Positions 1 to 10,482 are shown, counted from the stretch's first letter. The stretch: DNA of 64,000 nucleotides from Erysipelotrichaceae bacterium (GCA_029974225.1 JARKSP010000102.1:9629-73628); one strand, 5' to 3'. A program made the numbers and translations. The notes: generated by a model from the letters alone, not told the origin.

Positions 1-933
1 AAAACGGTTGTTGTCAATAAAGCCATATCTTTCCTTATCAACAATATTCAGCTGATGATTAATTTCCACTGAATAATCTGTATATTGCCTTTCGGAGATT
101 ATCCTGTCTCTTTTTACTCTGGTATTAGGAGTCAGCTGCGTCGCTTCTGAATAATAGAAGATTGTATTGCCATCTTTTTCTCTTCTTCTGATTCGCTTTT
201 CTATTCCTTCAGCTGACTTCAGATAATGCTGCAGAATATGTATATAGGAAACGTTGGCTTCATCTTTTACTTTTTCAATCACTTCGTCATTGATTTCCAC
301 CAGATATTTCCTGAATATCTCAATTGGCTTTTCTTCGCCCAGATAAGTGAAGACTGCCTGAATCGCTCTTCTTAGTTTTACTTCAAAATCACTTTCATTG
401 GTAATGACAATTCTGTTAGGATGAGCTGACCAGCTTTCCAGAATCATATCATCTACTTTTCTGGCATCTTCAATGGATTCATATCTGGCAGCATTATTAG
501 AAAGACTATAAGCCTCTTCGGCTCCCTTGGCACTGGTCACCAGGTGCATCACCAGGTCATATCTGTCGTTTAATTCTTCTTCTTTTAAATCAAAACCTTT
601 TAATATTTCGGTAAACTCTTCATCTGAAACATAACCCTTATTATCAAGAATCCCTCTATCAATGAAGACCAGTACTTTTTCACCCTCAATCTCTTCTGCC
701 GCCTGGCAGCATAGCTCTTCTTTCTTCAGTTGCAGGGCGATGACATATTTCTGGAAATGATACATTCCAATGGTAGCTGGCGAAATACCGCCTGAAATCA
801 AATCAGTAGCTGATTCATTAGCAATTATTACCCGATAGCCTCTTTCAGCAAATACTTCCTGTGCTCGAGACATAAAAGTTGTTTTCCCGCTACACGGTCC
901 ACCAGTAAATACAATTCTCTTAATATTCTTCAT
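1..933 (-). CDS. P-loop (AAA-type) NTPase fused to a CYTH-like domain; the 3' end lies beyond the window edge
   Basis: Absent from the ORF track because there is no stop in the window. My translation from the ATG at 931-933 gives MKNIKRIVFTGGPCSGKTTF... (Walker A). About 200 aa later comes ...EEKPIEIFRKYLVE..., which resembles the CYTH ExExK strand. AGGAG lies about 10 nt upstream of the ATG. Confidence 0.6.
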   Translation of the reverse strand, partial: MKNIKRIVFTGGPCSGKTTFMSRAQEVFAERGYRVIIANESATDLISGGISPATIGMYHFQKYVIALQLKKEELCCQAAEEIEGEKVLVFIDRGILDNKGYVSDEEFTEILKGFDLKEEELNDRYDLVMHLVTSAKGAEEAYSLSNNAARYESIEDARKVDDMILESWSAHPNRIVITNESDFEVKLRRAIQAVFTYLGEEKPIEIFRKYLVEINDEVIEKVKDEANVSYIHILQHYLKSAEGIEKRIRRREKDGNTIFYYSEATQLTPNTRVKRDRIISERQYTDYSVEINHQLNIVDKERYGFIDNNRF

Positions 934-1012
934 CTGCTTTTTCTCCTGACACTATTTACATTATAACAAATTCCTGCCCCTTTGAGTTGAATTATCAGCC
1001 CTCTTATCCGGT

Positions 1013-1897
1013 TTACTCCTGATAGATAAGATTTAGCGCTTTTTCTATTACTTCTATTTTGACCGTTTTGGGATTGCCCCCATATTCGCCATCTAAAGTC
1101 CATGGTATCTGCTCATCGATGATAACCTCTATAGAATTGGTTTTAAAGATTTTGACTAAATCATTGTCTCCTTTTCCAGTCAGCAGATACGGTCCTATTG
1201 AACCCAGCTCAATCAGATCATTAGGAGCTTTTATCAGCGTCACTTCAAAAAGGCCATCATCCAGCTGCACATCCTGATTTGGCATTTTATACAGACTGCC
1301 AACCAATACAGTGTTTGAAACCATACCATAAATATACTCGTCTTCAAATTCTTCATTCCCATGTCTTATTTTTACTCTGTAGGTCTTCATTAAGGCTACT
1401 GACTTAACACCCTGAAAAAAGTAGGCCAGTCGACCCAGGAGGTTCTTCATCTCCTGAGTTGTGATGTAGCCAATATCGGTAAATACCCCAAAGGCAGCCA
1501 CATAAGTAAAGTATTCATCATTGAATTTGCCGATATCAATACTTTTAGGCTGCCCTTCCATAGCCAGACGGGCTGCCTGTTCCATATTTCTTGGCAGGTT
1601 TAGACTGGTCGCAAAGTCATTGACTGAACCCGCCGGTATAAAACCTAAAACTCTGCTACTGCCGGTTTCCATCATTCCATTAACCACTTCATGTAAGGTG
1701 CCATCACCGCCGCAGCAGATGATTTTATCATATTTGCCGGCCTGCTTTTTAACTACCTTATAGGCATCTTTATTCTCTTGAGTTGCATGCACTGTCAACT
1801 CAATATCTCCACTGCAAAAATAGTTGATGATACTCCACAAATGATTTTTTATCTGCAGTTGTCCAGCAACAGGGTTGTAGACAAATAATATTTTCAT
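1013..1897 (-). CDS. dagK: diacylglycerol/lipid kinase (DagK/YegS/BmrU family)
   Basis: 294-aa ORF with the family motif CCGGDGTLHEVVNG and a YegS-like C-terminal half. Confidence 0.8.
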   Translation of the reverse strand: MKILFVYNPVAGQLQIKNHLWSIINYFCSGDIELTVHATQENKDAYKVVKKQAGKYDKIICCGGDGTLHEVVNGMMETGSSRVLGFIPAGSVNDFATSLNLPRNMEQAARLAMEGQPKSIDIGKFNDEYFTYVAAFGVFTDIGYITTQEMKNLLGRLAYFFQGVKSVALMKTYRVKIRHGNEEFEDEYIYGMVSNTVLVGSLYKMPNQDVQLDDGLFEVTLIKAPNDLIELGSIGPYLLTGKGDNDLVKIFKTNSIEVIIDEQIPWTLDGEYGGNPKTVKIEVIEKALNLIYQE

Positions 1898-2000
1898 AGC
1901 TTTCTCCCTATATTCATTTTATTTCTTTTTTTCACTTATTACAAACTTTATCCATGAATGTGGCAAAATATATTTAGCGCAATCAGGGAGGTTCATTACT

Positions 2001-2486
2001 TTGAAAGATTCAGCAATAAAAACTTTAAAAAAGATCGTTGGTTTAATTATTTTATTGCTTTTGGCTTGGGCAGTCATCTGGCTTCAGGACAATTTCAGTG
2101 AGGTTAATGAAAACCCTGATACCCCGCAACAGGCTTTGATTGACGAGAATGGAAGTTATTTTGACAAAGAGAATGTAGCCTTATATATCCATACCTATGG
2201 CCATCTGCCGGATAACTATGTAACTAAAAAAGAGGCCTCAGAAGCCGGCTGGAGTGGAGGCTCTGTAGAAAAGTATCTGCCTGGCAAGGCTATTGGCGGA
2301 GACGTTTTCTCCAACAGGGAAAAACTGCTTCCTATCAAGGAAGGACGAATATATTACGAATGCGATATTGATACTGCCGGCCAGAGTTCTCGGGGAGCCA
2401 AGCGAATTGTCTTTTCCAACGATGGTCTTATCTACTATACTGATGATCATTATCAGTCGTTTGAATTATTATATGGAGAACCTTAA
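2001..2486 (+). CDS. barnase-family secreted guanyl-specific ribonuclease with an N-terminal membrane anchor/signal
   Basis: TTG start preceded by GGGAGG. Hydrophobic N-terminus (LIILLLLAWAVIWL). The C-terminal domain aligns by eye with barnase: YGHLPDNYVTKKEASEAGW...GKAIGGDVFSNREKLLP...YYECDI...RIVFSNDGLIYYTDDHYQSF. Confidence 0.85.
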   Translation: MKDSAIKTLKKIVGLIILLLLAWAVIWLQDNFSEVNENPDTPQQALIDENGSYFDKENVALYIHTYGHLPDNYVTKKEASEAGWSGGSVEKYLPGKAIGGDVFSNREKLLPIKEGRIYYECDIDTAGQSSRGAKRIVFSNDGLIYYTDDHYQSFELLYGEP

Positions 2487-2488
2487 TT

Positions 2489-2758
2489 ATGAAAGTTTAT
2501 GTATTAAATGGAAAGATGTTTACCGATAAAAGCACTTCCTACAGCTATTTAAAAAAGATGCTGCCTTTACCTACCTACTGCAACAATAATCTGGACAGTC
2601 TCTATGACTGTCTGGTTGATTATCTGCAAAACACCACCATTATCCTGATCAACAGTCATTGTCTGACTGAAAACCTGGCTTACTATGGGCAGGATATCAT
2701 CACTGTTTTTGAAGATGTGGCTAAAGATGTTAAAAACTTTATCTTTATCAAACAATAA
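2489..2758 (+). CDS. barstar-family ribonuclease inhibitor (immunity protein for the upstream RNase)
   Basis: 89-aa ORF starting 3 nt after the RNase stop. Barstar-like LPLPTYCNNNLDSLYDCLVDY motif (barstar: [21 protein letters not shown]). Confidence 0.8.
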   Translation: MKVYVLNGKMFTDKSTSYSYLKKMLPLPTYCNNNLDSLYDCLVDYLQNTTIILINSHCLTENLAYYGQDIITVFEDVAKDVKNFIFIKQ

Positions 2759-2782
2759 GACCAGGTTTTAACCTGGTTTTTT
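2759..2782 (+). terminator. intrinsic terminator after the barnase-barstar pair
   Basis: Hairpin ACCAGG-TTTTA-ACCTGGT followed by a T-run. Confidence 0.7.
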
Positions 2783-2795
2783 AAAAGCACTGAAA

Positions 2796-2823
2796 ATCCA
2801 GGCTGTCATCCCTGGATTTTTTA
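2796..2823. terminator. second hairpin, plausibly a bidirectional terminator (also downstream of minus-strand mtnA)
   Basis: ATCCAGG-CTGTCATC-CCTGGAT, flanked by an A-run on one side and a T-run on the other. Confidence 0.55.
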
Positions 2824-2840
2824 AATTTATCTGTCTTTTT

Positions 2841-3908
2841 TTAATCTTCAAACAATTTTTTCAGATTCACATCAAAAGGCGGATAGACTATTCCCTTTTC
2901 GGTCACAAATCCCGTCAGCAGACTGTGATCTGTTACATCAAAGGCTGGATTATAACATTTGACTCCCTTAGGCGCCATCGGTTTCTCATACCATTTTCCC
3001 GCAATTTCATCTGGTTCCCGCAGTTCAATTTCAATATGCTTTCCATCAGGGCAATTCATGTCAATGGTACTTGTCGGCCCCAGAGAGTAAATCGGTATGC
3101 CATAATGTTTGGCTAATATCGCTACTCCGCTTGTTCCTATCTTATTGGCAAAATCACCATTGGCGGCAATGCGATCGCAGCCAACAAAACAGACATCTAT
3201 CCAGCCATTTTTCATCACGATACTGGCCATATTATCACAGATCAGAGTTACATCAACTCCAGCTTTCTGCAGTTCCAGAGTTGTCAGTCTGGCTCCCTGC
3301 AGAAGCGGTCTGGTTTCATCGGCATAAACTCTAAAATTATAGCCTCTCTGTTTTCCCAGGATTAGCGGTCCAATCGCTGTGCCACGGCTGGTAGCCAGCG
3401 GTCCGGTATTGCAGTGTGTTAAAACCCCATCACCATCTTTAAGCAGAGTCAAGCCATATTCACAGATCTTGAGACACATTTCTTTGTCTTCACGATGAAT
3501 TTCTTTTGCTTCCCGACCAATCAGTCTGACAATTTCTTTAACTTCCTTATCCCTGCTGTCTAAGACTATCTTATCAATTCTGTTTAGTGCCCAGCCCAGG
3601 TTCACAGCTGTCGGTCTGGAAGAATTCAGATATTCTTTTTCCTCAGTAAATCGCTGATAAAACTGCTCGAAAGGAAGGTTGTCATATTGCTGGGTCAGCA
3701 CATACATTGAATAACCGGCAAAAATTCCAATCGCTGGAGCTCCTCTTATCTGCAGCTTTTTAATTGCCTGATATAAATCTTCCAGCTTGTTTAAGTGCAG
3801 GTAAACGACCTCGTTGGGAAGCTGAACCTGATCAATAATTATTATTTTCTTTTCATCAGCACTCAATTCGACATTTTCGAAAAAGCTTCCTTCTTTTAAA
3901 TCAAGCAT
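2841..3908 (-). CDS. mtnA: S-methyl-5-thioribose-1-phosphate isomerase
   Basis: 355-aa ORF with the MtnA/eIF-2B-related pattern: IRGAPAIG..., [46 protein letters not shown]. Confidence 0.85.
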   Translation of the reverse strand: MLDLKEGSFFENVELSADEKKIIIIDQVQLPNEVVYLHLNKLEDLYQAIKKLQIRGAPAIGIFAGYSMYVLTQQYDNLPFEQFYQRFTEEKEYLNSSRPTAVNLGWALNRIDKIVLDSRDKEVKEIVRLIGREAKEIHREDKEMCLKICEYGLTLLKDGDGVLTHCNTGPLATSRGTAIGPLILGKQRGYNFRVYADETRPLLQGARLTTLELQKAGVDVTLICDNMASIVMKNGWIDVCFVGCDRIAANGDFANKIGTSGVAILAKHYGIPIYSLGPTSTIDMNCPDGKHIEIELREPDEIAGKWYEKPMAPKGVKCYNPAFDVTDHSLLTGFVTEKGIVYPPFDVNLKKLFED

Positions 3909-3909
3909 G

Positions 3910-4680
3910 CTACTCCTTTTCGATTAATAATCTGATTGCTTCAATTGCCACTCTGATTGCCAGATCAGTATCGTGGACCTGAATGTTTTCCAGGTTGGCT
4001 TTCGCTCTTTCCTGATTGGCAACAACCAGGAAGCAGGAACCAACTTTAACTTTCAGATAACTGGCTACAATAAAGAGCGCTGCGGATTCCATTTCTGAAG
4101 CCACTGCTCCCAGCTGCAGCCAGGCATCCCATTTTCTTAACAGTTCCTGACCGTTCGGTAAAGTCTGAGGGCGATGCTGACCATAAAAGGCATCCTTGCA
4201 ATGCACAATACCGGCATGATAGCTGGCCTTCAGATTTTTACTGGCCTGAATCAAGGCATTGGTGATATCCAGATCGGCTACTGCCGGAAACTCAATTGGA
4301 GCATATTCTTTGGTTGTGCCTTCCTGTCTGATAGCGCCTGTAGCTACTACCACATCTCCACCTTTAACATCCAGCTGCATACCACCGCAGGTACCAACTC
4401 TGATAAACCTTTTAGCCCCGCACTTAACCAGTTCTTCCAAAGCAATTGAAGCACTGGGGCCACCAATTCCGGTAGAGGTTACTGATACCTTTTTTCCATT
4501 AATATAACCTGTGTAGGTAACATATTCTCTATTATCACCAACAAGTTTAGCATCATCAAAATACTTGGCAATTTTGGCACATCTTTTTGGATCTCCAGGT
4601 AAAATGACATACTCTCCTACATCACCCGGCCCAATACCAATGTGATACTCTTTCCCCGTACCTTTTGCATAATTAGTCAT
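3910..4680 (-). CDS. udp: uridine phosphorylase-family nucleoside phosphorylase (PNP_UDP_1)
   Basis: Aligns by eye with E. coli Udp: [45 protein letters not shown]. Its stop is 1 nt from the mtnA start, so the two are likely co-transcribed. Confidence 0.7.
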   Translation of the reverse strand: MTNYAKGTGKEYHIGIGPGDVGEYVILPGDPKRCAKIAKYFDDAKLVGDNREYVTYTGYINGKKVSVTSTGIGGPSASIALEELVKCGAKRFIRVGTCGGMQLDVKGGDVVVATGAIRQEGTTKEYAPIEFPAVADLDITNALIQASKNLKASYHAGIVHCKDAFYGQHRPQTLPNGQELLRKWDAWLQLGAVASEMESAALFIVASYLKVKVGSCFLVVANQERAKANLENIQVHDTDLAIRVAIEAIRLLIEKE

Positions 4681-4882
4681 AACATTATCTCCTTTTTCTT
4701 TTTTATAGTACTAATTAATTATATCACAATTTCCAGGATGAGTTATAATAAGTATATAGTGAAGCTGATTTCTAAAAAAATGTCGGTAGTATATATTGAA
4801 TTAAACATGGACTTTTAATCACCTGGCAGATTTTAGAGTTTCTTTACTGTTGAAAAAGGAAAAACGAGAAAGGAGATGAATT

Positions 4883-5632
4883 ATGAATTATGAAGTTCTT
4901 TACAGGATGATTTTCAAAAGAAGATCATTTCACTTATTCAAATGTGATATCTTTCCCCTTACTGAGGAAGAAATTGCCGGTATTTATACGATTTACAATT
5001 CTATAACTCCATTAATTGATAATATAAAGACGGAGATAAAAATTGTTAAGGCTGAAGAATCGGGCTGTAGAGTAGGTAACGAATACACCATTATGTTCTA
5101 TAGTGAAACCAAAGATAACTATCTGACCAATATTGGCTATCTTGGTGAAATACTTGATTTATATCTGGTCTCTAAAAACATTGGGACTCTTTGGTACGGA
5201 TTAGGTAAAGCGAACGAAAAAAACTACAACGGTCTGGATTTTGTGATTATGATGGGCATCGCCAAAGTCAGTGCTGACGATTTCAGAAAAGACATGTTTA
5301 GAATAAACAGAAAACCTTTAGATCAGATCTGGGTTAATGACTATCTTCCGATTTCCAATATTATCAGATTCGCTCCCAGTGCCTGCAACAACCAGCCCTG
5401 GACAGTAGAAAATATCGACAGCTGTCTTCATGTCTATCGCAATCACAAAGGGCGTATGTTCGGTATTCTGCCGCCGAAATTTTCGTTTTACTTCACCAGA
5501 ATCGATATGGGTATCTTTCTGGCTTTCTTAGAGATCTGTTTAAAACATGAAGGGATTTCTTTTGAAAGAGAAATCTTCATCGATGATAAAATTGTTGACA
5601 GGTTCTTACTGGCCAAATACTATCTCAAATAA
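4883..5632 (+). CDS. nitroreductase-family protein
   Basis: 249-aa ORF with AAAGGAG upstream and the nitroreductase-type motif APSACNNQPW. Confidence 0.65.
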   Translation: MNYEVLYRMIFKRRSFHLFKCDIFPLTEEEIAGIYTIYNSITPLIDNIKTEIKIVKAEESGCRVGNEYTIMFYSETKDNYLTNIGYLGEILDLYLVSKNIGTLWYGLGKANEKNYNGLDFVIMMGIAKVSADDFRKDMFRINRKPLDQIWVNDYLPISNIIRFAPSACNNQPWTVENIDSCLHVYRNHKGRMFGILPPKFSFYFTRIDMGIFLAFLEICLKHEGISFEREIFIDDKIVDRFLLAKYYLK

Positions 5633-5683
5633 AATAGTCTATTTTTCTTCTTTTTAAAATGAATAATAAATGGAGGTACAGCA

Positions 5684-6118
5684 ATGAAAAAGAAATCAGT
5701 ATTATTATTTATTATTCTATTTATTATTACCTATCTGGCACTTACCCGGCTGATGCTGATAAAGACTTCTTCAGCAGATAATCCTTGTTTGTACCAGCTG
5801 GAAAATGCCTGGCAATTCAAAACTGCCGCCTCAGCTGCTAGCGCCGCCTTTCTAGCCTGGTGTTTTAATGGCGATAAGATAACACTGAAGAAAGTTATTA
5901 TAATTTTTTTAATTGCCTTTGTAATTCCTTATTTAATGATGAGTCATATGATGTATGAAAGAAAGGTGTACGAAAAGACTGTAATCGAATGGCTGTTAAA
6001 ACAGGTGACAAGAAACTTTAAGTTAAAGGCAGCAATATCAGCTGCTGTTGCTGCAGCAATCTGTCTGATAACTATCATAAGCTACAACATACAGAAATCT
6101 ATAGTCGACCGTAAGTAG
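5684..6118 (+). CDS. hypothetical integral membrane protein
   Basis: 144-aa ORF with GGAGG upstream and several hydrophobic segments. No family recognised. Confidence 0.4.
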   Translation: MKKKSVLLFIILFIITYLALTRLMLIKTSSADNPCLYQLENAWQFKTAASAASAAFLAWCFNGDKITLKKVIIIFLIAFVIPYLMMSHMMYERKVYEKTVIEWLLKQVTRNFKLKAAISAAVAAAICLITIISYNIQKSIVDRK

Positions 6119-6130
6119 AACACCTAAAAA

Positions 6131-6170
6131 GAAATGATATTTGATTTGGTTCAAAATCATTTCTTTTTTT
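6131..6170 (+). terminator. intrinsic terminator
   Basis: GAAATGAT...ATCATTTC stem followed by T7. Confidence 0.6.
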
Positions 6171-6226
6171 CGTTCTGAATATGGATACAACTTTTTTACA
6201 ACCGGTTAATGCTGGTTTTTAAAAGT

Positions 6227-8830
6227 TTATTTTTTCAGAATGATTGTCTGATATGGATTTAAGGTAATGCTGTCAACTTTCCCCTGATAGATGTTTAAAG
6301 TATCCAGATAGATTTCATAGCCCTTGCACTCAAAAGTATAGCTGTTAACCAGACCGTTGCCATGGATTACGATGTAGTTATTGACTCCATCACTCAATTC
6401 ATATCTCAAGACTGCTCCATTCTGTTCTCGGATAACATCAATATAGCTGTTATCCTGATGCAGGTCGGTTACTTTCTGTTTAAAGCTGATCAGTTTCTGA
6501 TAGGATTCAAAGACCTCAGGATGTTTCGCTTTCAGGCTGTAATCCAGACCATTGATTTCATCACTGGACATATAGGAGTTAAAATCCCCCTGCTTGGTTC
6601 TTAACATCTCTTCACCAGCCAGCATAAAGGTCGTTCCATTTGAGGTGAATACTACCGCATTGGCTAAGACACACATTTTTCTGATAGTATCTTCATCTTC
6701 AATTCCGGCTGCCTTACAGCGGTCATACAGAGTATAGTTATCATGACAGGTCACATAGTTAACTGTCTTGTTGCTGTCACTGATGATATAGGTTGCACTG
6801 TAAGTAATGCCGTTGATACCATTCTGGATAGCCTTCAGATCAGCTTCAGTAAGTTTTTCTCCTGTTACCCAGCCTTTTTCACTGGCAGCACATAAACCGC
6901 CTTTAATAAGGGCATCACGCATCTGGTCATTAAACTGGCCATAGCCAATAAAAGAGTTGGCATTAGCCTGTTTAGCCTGCCTGTCAGCTTCCAAAGGTGA
7001 AGTTCCCCCACTCCAGGGCTCGCCATAAATAACGATATAAGGATTTATCTTCTTAGCCTCCTGAGCCACAAGATTCATTGTTTCAATATCATGTAAGCCC
7101 ATCAAATCAAATCTGAAACCGCCCAGTTTGTACTCGCTGGTCCAGAAACAGATACTGTCTACGATGAATTTTCTCATCATCGCGTTTTCACTGGCTGTTT
7201 CATTACCGCAGCCTGAACCATTAGATAAGGTACCGTTTTCTTTATATCTGAAATAATAATTAGGCATCAGAACATCAAAGTTAGAACCCATTGCTCCAGC
7301 CACATGATTATAAACCACGTCCATAATGACGCTAACCTCTATTTCATTGAAGGCCAATACCAGTTGCTTGAATTCTCTGATCTTTGCATAGCCGTCATAC
7401 GGATCACTGCTGTACATTCCTTCTAAAGCATTGTAGTTCAGCGGATTGTAACCCCAGTTGAAAGTGTATTTTGTTTCATCATTAGCCTGATCATAAATCG
7501 GTATGAACTGAATAGCATTAACACCCAGTTCTTTAATATGATCAAAACCTGTTGAAACGGTAATGCCGTTTTCTGTGTAAGTTGTACCTTTTTCAATTAC
7601 CCCTAAGTACTTTCTTCTGTTTGCTTCGCTTCCCTGCCAGGAAGGATTAGAAGTCATATCAGCGATATGAGTTTCCCAGACTGTCAGCTGTTTGCGGTCA
7701 AAACTTAAATACTTGACCTTATCCCAACCTTCTGGATTGGTCAGTGAGAAATCGACAATCATCCCTCTTAAGCCATTGATACCGGTGCTTCTGGCATAAG
7801 GGTCAACAATTTCCTTTCCTTCCGGATAGCTGCTGTTATAAACAACATAGGTATAATATTTACCGGCGTTGTTTCCCGATAGGACATATTCAAAGACACC
7901 TCTGTCTTTTTTTATCATCTCATACTGCTGGTAGCTGTCGTTACCTTTCTCTTTAGAAACACTGACAGGTGTGCCATTTTCATATATTCTTAATTCTATT
8001 TTTGTTGAAACCGGTGACCACACTTTAAACACCGTTTCATTTTTTGAATAGATTGCACCCAGCTGGCCATCATAATAATACAGACTATTAAACATATCAC
8101 TACCATATAAATTAGACATTGAGACTTTCGCAGTCAGAGTCTGTTTTGAGTCTCTAAATAAAATCTCTACCTGATAGTCTTTTGCGAAGTCGGCTTTCTC
8201 AGTCATCTTATGAGAGAAAAAGCTTTTTCCGGCATTGGAATTTTCTGCCACCAGCTGTCCGTCACAATAAATCTTATAGGTTTCAATCGCATTTGAACAG
8301 ACTACATATATCAGCTCCTCATTATAGAAAGTCGAAATATTTATTGCATCAGTGACTATCTTTTCTGCTGTGGTATAAAGATTAGGATCATCTCCCGCCA
8401 GATAGATATGATAAACGTTGTTTTCATCTTTTGTTAAAGTTGAAAAATCAATAAATCTGTCGGCCTCAGTACCATCCTTAGTCCATGAACCTTTTGTTTT
8501 GACAATAATACCTAATCTGCCACCCGATAAATCACCAAATAAAGATAGCGGATAAGAAGCAATTACTCCATAGTCATCCTGATAATTAAAGTCGTTTTCT
8601 AAATTATCATCAACTCCGTCAGGATCCCACAGCCACAGTGTCCATTTATCATATTTATTGTCTTCTCTCTGATAATGAATCTGAATTGAATCTTCTGCCA
8701 TCGTTTTAATTTCTGTTGGCAGATCCACATCTCTTTCTGGATAGGCTGGTCCTTTCGGAGCGCAGCCAAACAGTGACAGCACAATAAGTGATGCCATCAA
8801 TAAGCTGAATATTTTTTTATATTTATTCAT
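6227..8830 (-). CDS. pulA: type I pullulanase (GH13), lipoprotein
   Basis: 867-aa ORF with lipobox LSLFGC. GH13 catalytic-region motifs: DVVYNH, GGFRFDLMG, IYGEPW, YVTCHDN. The N-terminus has pullulanase-type carbohydrate-binding modules. Confidence 0.85.
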   Translation of the reverse strand: MNKYKKIFSLLMASLIVLSLFGCAPKGPAYPERDVDLPTEIKTMAEDSIQIHYQREDNKYDKWTLWLWDPDGVDDNLENDFNYQDDYGVIASYPLSLFGDLSGGRLGIIVKTKGSWTKDGTEADRFIDFSTLTKDENNVYHIYLAGDDPNLYTTAEKIVTDAINISTFYNEELIYVVCSNAIETYKIYCDGQLVAENSNAGKSFFSHKMTEKADFAKDYQVEILFRDSKQTLTAKVSMSNLYGSDMFNSLYYYDGQLGAIYSKNETVFKVWSPVSTKIELRIYENGTPVSVSKEKGNDSYQQYEMIKKDRGVFEYVLSGNNAGKYYTYVVYNSSYPEGKEIVDPYARSTGINGLRGMIVDFSLTNPEGWDKVKYLSFDRKQLTVWETHIADMTSNPSWQGSEANRRKYLGVIEKGTTYTENGITVSTGFDHIKELGVNAIQFIPIYDQANDETKYTFNWGYNPLNYNALEGMYSSDPYDGYAKIREFKQLVLAFNEIEVSVIMDVVYNHVAGAMGSNFDVLMPNYYFRYKENGTLSNGSGCGNETASENAMMRKFIVDSICFWTSEYKLGGFRFDLMGLHDIETMNLVAQEAKKINPYIVIYGEPWSGGTSPLEADRQAKQANANSFIGYGQFNDQMRDALIKGGLCAASEKGWVTGEKLTEADLKAIQNGINGITYSATYIISDSNKTVNYVTCHDNYTLYDRCKAAGIEDEDTIRKMCVLANAVVFTSNGTTFMLAGEEMLRTKQGDFNSYMSSDEINGLDYSLKAKHPEVFESYQKLISFKQKVTDLHQDNSYIDVIREQNGAVLRYELSDGVNNYIVIHGNGLVNSYTFECKGYEIYLDTLNIYQGKVDSITLNPYQTIILKK

Positions 8831-8988
8831 ATTTCCTCCATATATTTATTACTTCATCTCACATACTCAATTATATTATATAAATCGCCTTTTATTCAAA
8901 ATAATGAATTTTTTTCAAACTTCTTGATACAGTAAGGCAAAATAGTATAAAATTATAGTACTAACTATTACTATACAGGAGGTTTAAA

Positions 8989-10305
8989 ATGTCAATCAAC
9001 AAAGTTCTTTCATTTTTAAAAAGACAGGGCGTTTTAGCCGTTTCTAATAATAAAAAGCTCGACACTGAGTTAGCTACCTCATATCTTTCTGTTCTTTTTG
9101 AGTCAGACAGATATTCCGACCAGCATGTCAGCAATAAGGATTATTTTGCTAGTTCCGTCAAAAATGCTTTCCTGTTTTTTGATGGCAACGGTTTTACCGG
9201 CAAGATTTACACTTCTTTATGTTACTTCTTTGATGAAGTATTAAGCAAAGAAGACTACTACTTCTTCGCCGATAAACTTATTCACAAGTTTTCCACTACT
9301 AAATATTTATCAAAATATCTCGACATGCCTAACTTTATTAAAAACTGTAAAGCTGATTTTGACCCACTTTCAATAAAATTTGAAAAAACAGAAGGAATGA
9401 TTTTAAAAGATGAAAAATCATTTTTATCTGCCCTGAAGAGAGATTTCCATTATAAAAGAATTGTTCTGTGCTATGACCAGCTGCCTGGTTTATTCATCTT
9501 TGATACCTCAACAACTTTCCTGGATCTGGAGAAAGAAATTTACGTCTATTTCTTTGATGTCAATGGCGAAGCCTATCAGTTTGATGAAGAGGGCATTCAG
9601 ATTAATAAAAAAAGGAAGACTGTTACCGTCTCCCTGCCAATGAGATCAAATGTCATTGTTTCCAATAGCCCGATCATCCGCAGAATAGTACAGAAACTGG
9701 ATGACAAAACCAGAGAACTATATAAAATATCAGCCGATACAGAGCAAAGAGAAGATGATACCTTCTCAACTGAAACTGCTAAAATTGATACAAGTGCAGA
9801 AGTTCAGCCACAAGCTGACCAAAAGGAAGTTTTACAGGAAGATCTGCCTGAAACTGAAACTGTTGAGCAGATTAAACAGCAAGATTTGCCTGCAAGCGAG
9901 CCTGCTGAGCAGATTCAAGAGGAAACTGTAACAGATAATCAGATTGACTTTTCAGTCGAATCTGAAAAAGAAGTCGAAATCAAGCCACTGACTTCCAAAG
10001 AGATTCGGGCAAACCAAGAACTTCTGGCTAAAGAAAAAGAAGGTTTGAAAAATGCTGTTACTGCTGCCTATACCAGCAAGTTCTTCTTCTATCCGGCAAT
10101 CAGTGCTGGAAGATATAAATTATCCAATGCTCATCTTAAAACTTTAGATTTGACTTACGGATTCTCTATTAAGGGTTTCCGCTTAGAGTCATATGAGGTT
10201 TTAGATGATGGTGTAAAAATCTTAGGGAAGCTGGCCGACGGTACCATTGTCTATGAAGTCAGTGAGGATTGTCATGTCGTAGTATTTGCCGGAAACAAAT
10301 CTTAA
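8989..10305 (+). CDS. hypothetical protein with an acidic low-complexity linker
   Basis: 438-aa ORF with AGGAGG upstream. The central region has imperfect repeats (DLPETETVEQIKQQDLPASEPAEQIQEE). No family recognised. Confidence 0.5.
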   Translation: MSINKVLSFLKRQGVLAVSNNKKLDTELATSYLSVLFESDRYSDQHVSNKDYFASSVKNAFLFFDGNGFTGKIYTSLCYFFDEVLSKEDYYFFADKLIHKFSTTKYLSKYLDMPNFIKNCKADFDPLSIKFEKTEGMILKDEKSFLSALKRDFHYKRIVLCYDQLPGLFIFDTSTTFLDLEKEIYVYFFDVNGEAYQFDEEGIQINKKRKTVTVSLPMRSNVIVSNSPIIRRIVQKLDDKTRELYKISADTEQREDDTFSTETAKIDTSAEVQPQADQKEVLQEDLPETETVEQIKQQDLPASEPAEQIQEETVTDNQIDFSVESEKEVEIKPLTSKEIRANQELLAKEKEGLKNAVTAAYTSKFFFYPAISAGRYKLSNAHLKTLDLTYGFSIKGFRLESYEVLDDGVKILGKLADGTIVYEVSEDCHVVVFAGNKS

Positions 10306-10332
10306 TAACAGCAAACACAAAAACCGTTGATA

Positions 10333-10361
10333 AAACCAGGATAATTGTCCTGGTTTGTTTT
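10333..10361 (+). terminator. intrinsic terminator
   Basis: AAACCAGG-ATAATTGT-CCTGGTTT followed by GTTTT. Confidence 0.65.
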
Positions 10362-10482
10362 ACTAATATAGTTTTTCACTATTTGAAGATGTTTAAACAA
10401 TAATTCTTTTTCATCTTCCATCAAAAATTTATCAAGTTTACCACTATTCCATATTGGAAGATCTGGGATTATCTGATTCCTC

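Noticed and set aside
1059-1763. 72-aa and 80-aa plus-strand ORFs inside dagK, and similar short antisense ORFs inside mtnA, udp, rnr, ftsH, pulA and others.
   Set aside because: Each is fully nested antisense to a long, motif-supported gene, and none has a ribosome-binding site or a recognisable family.
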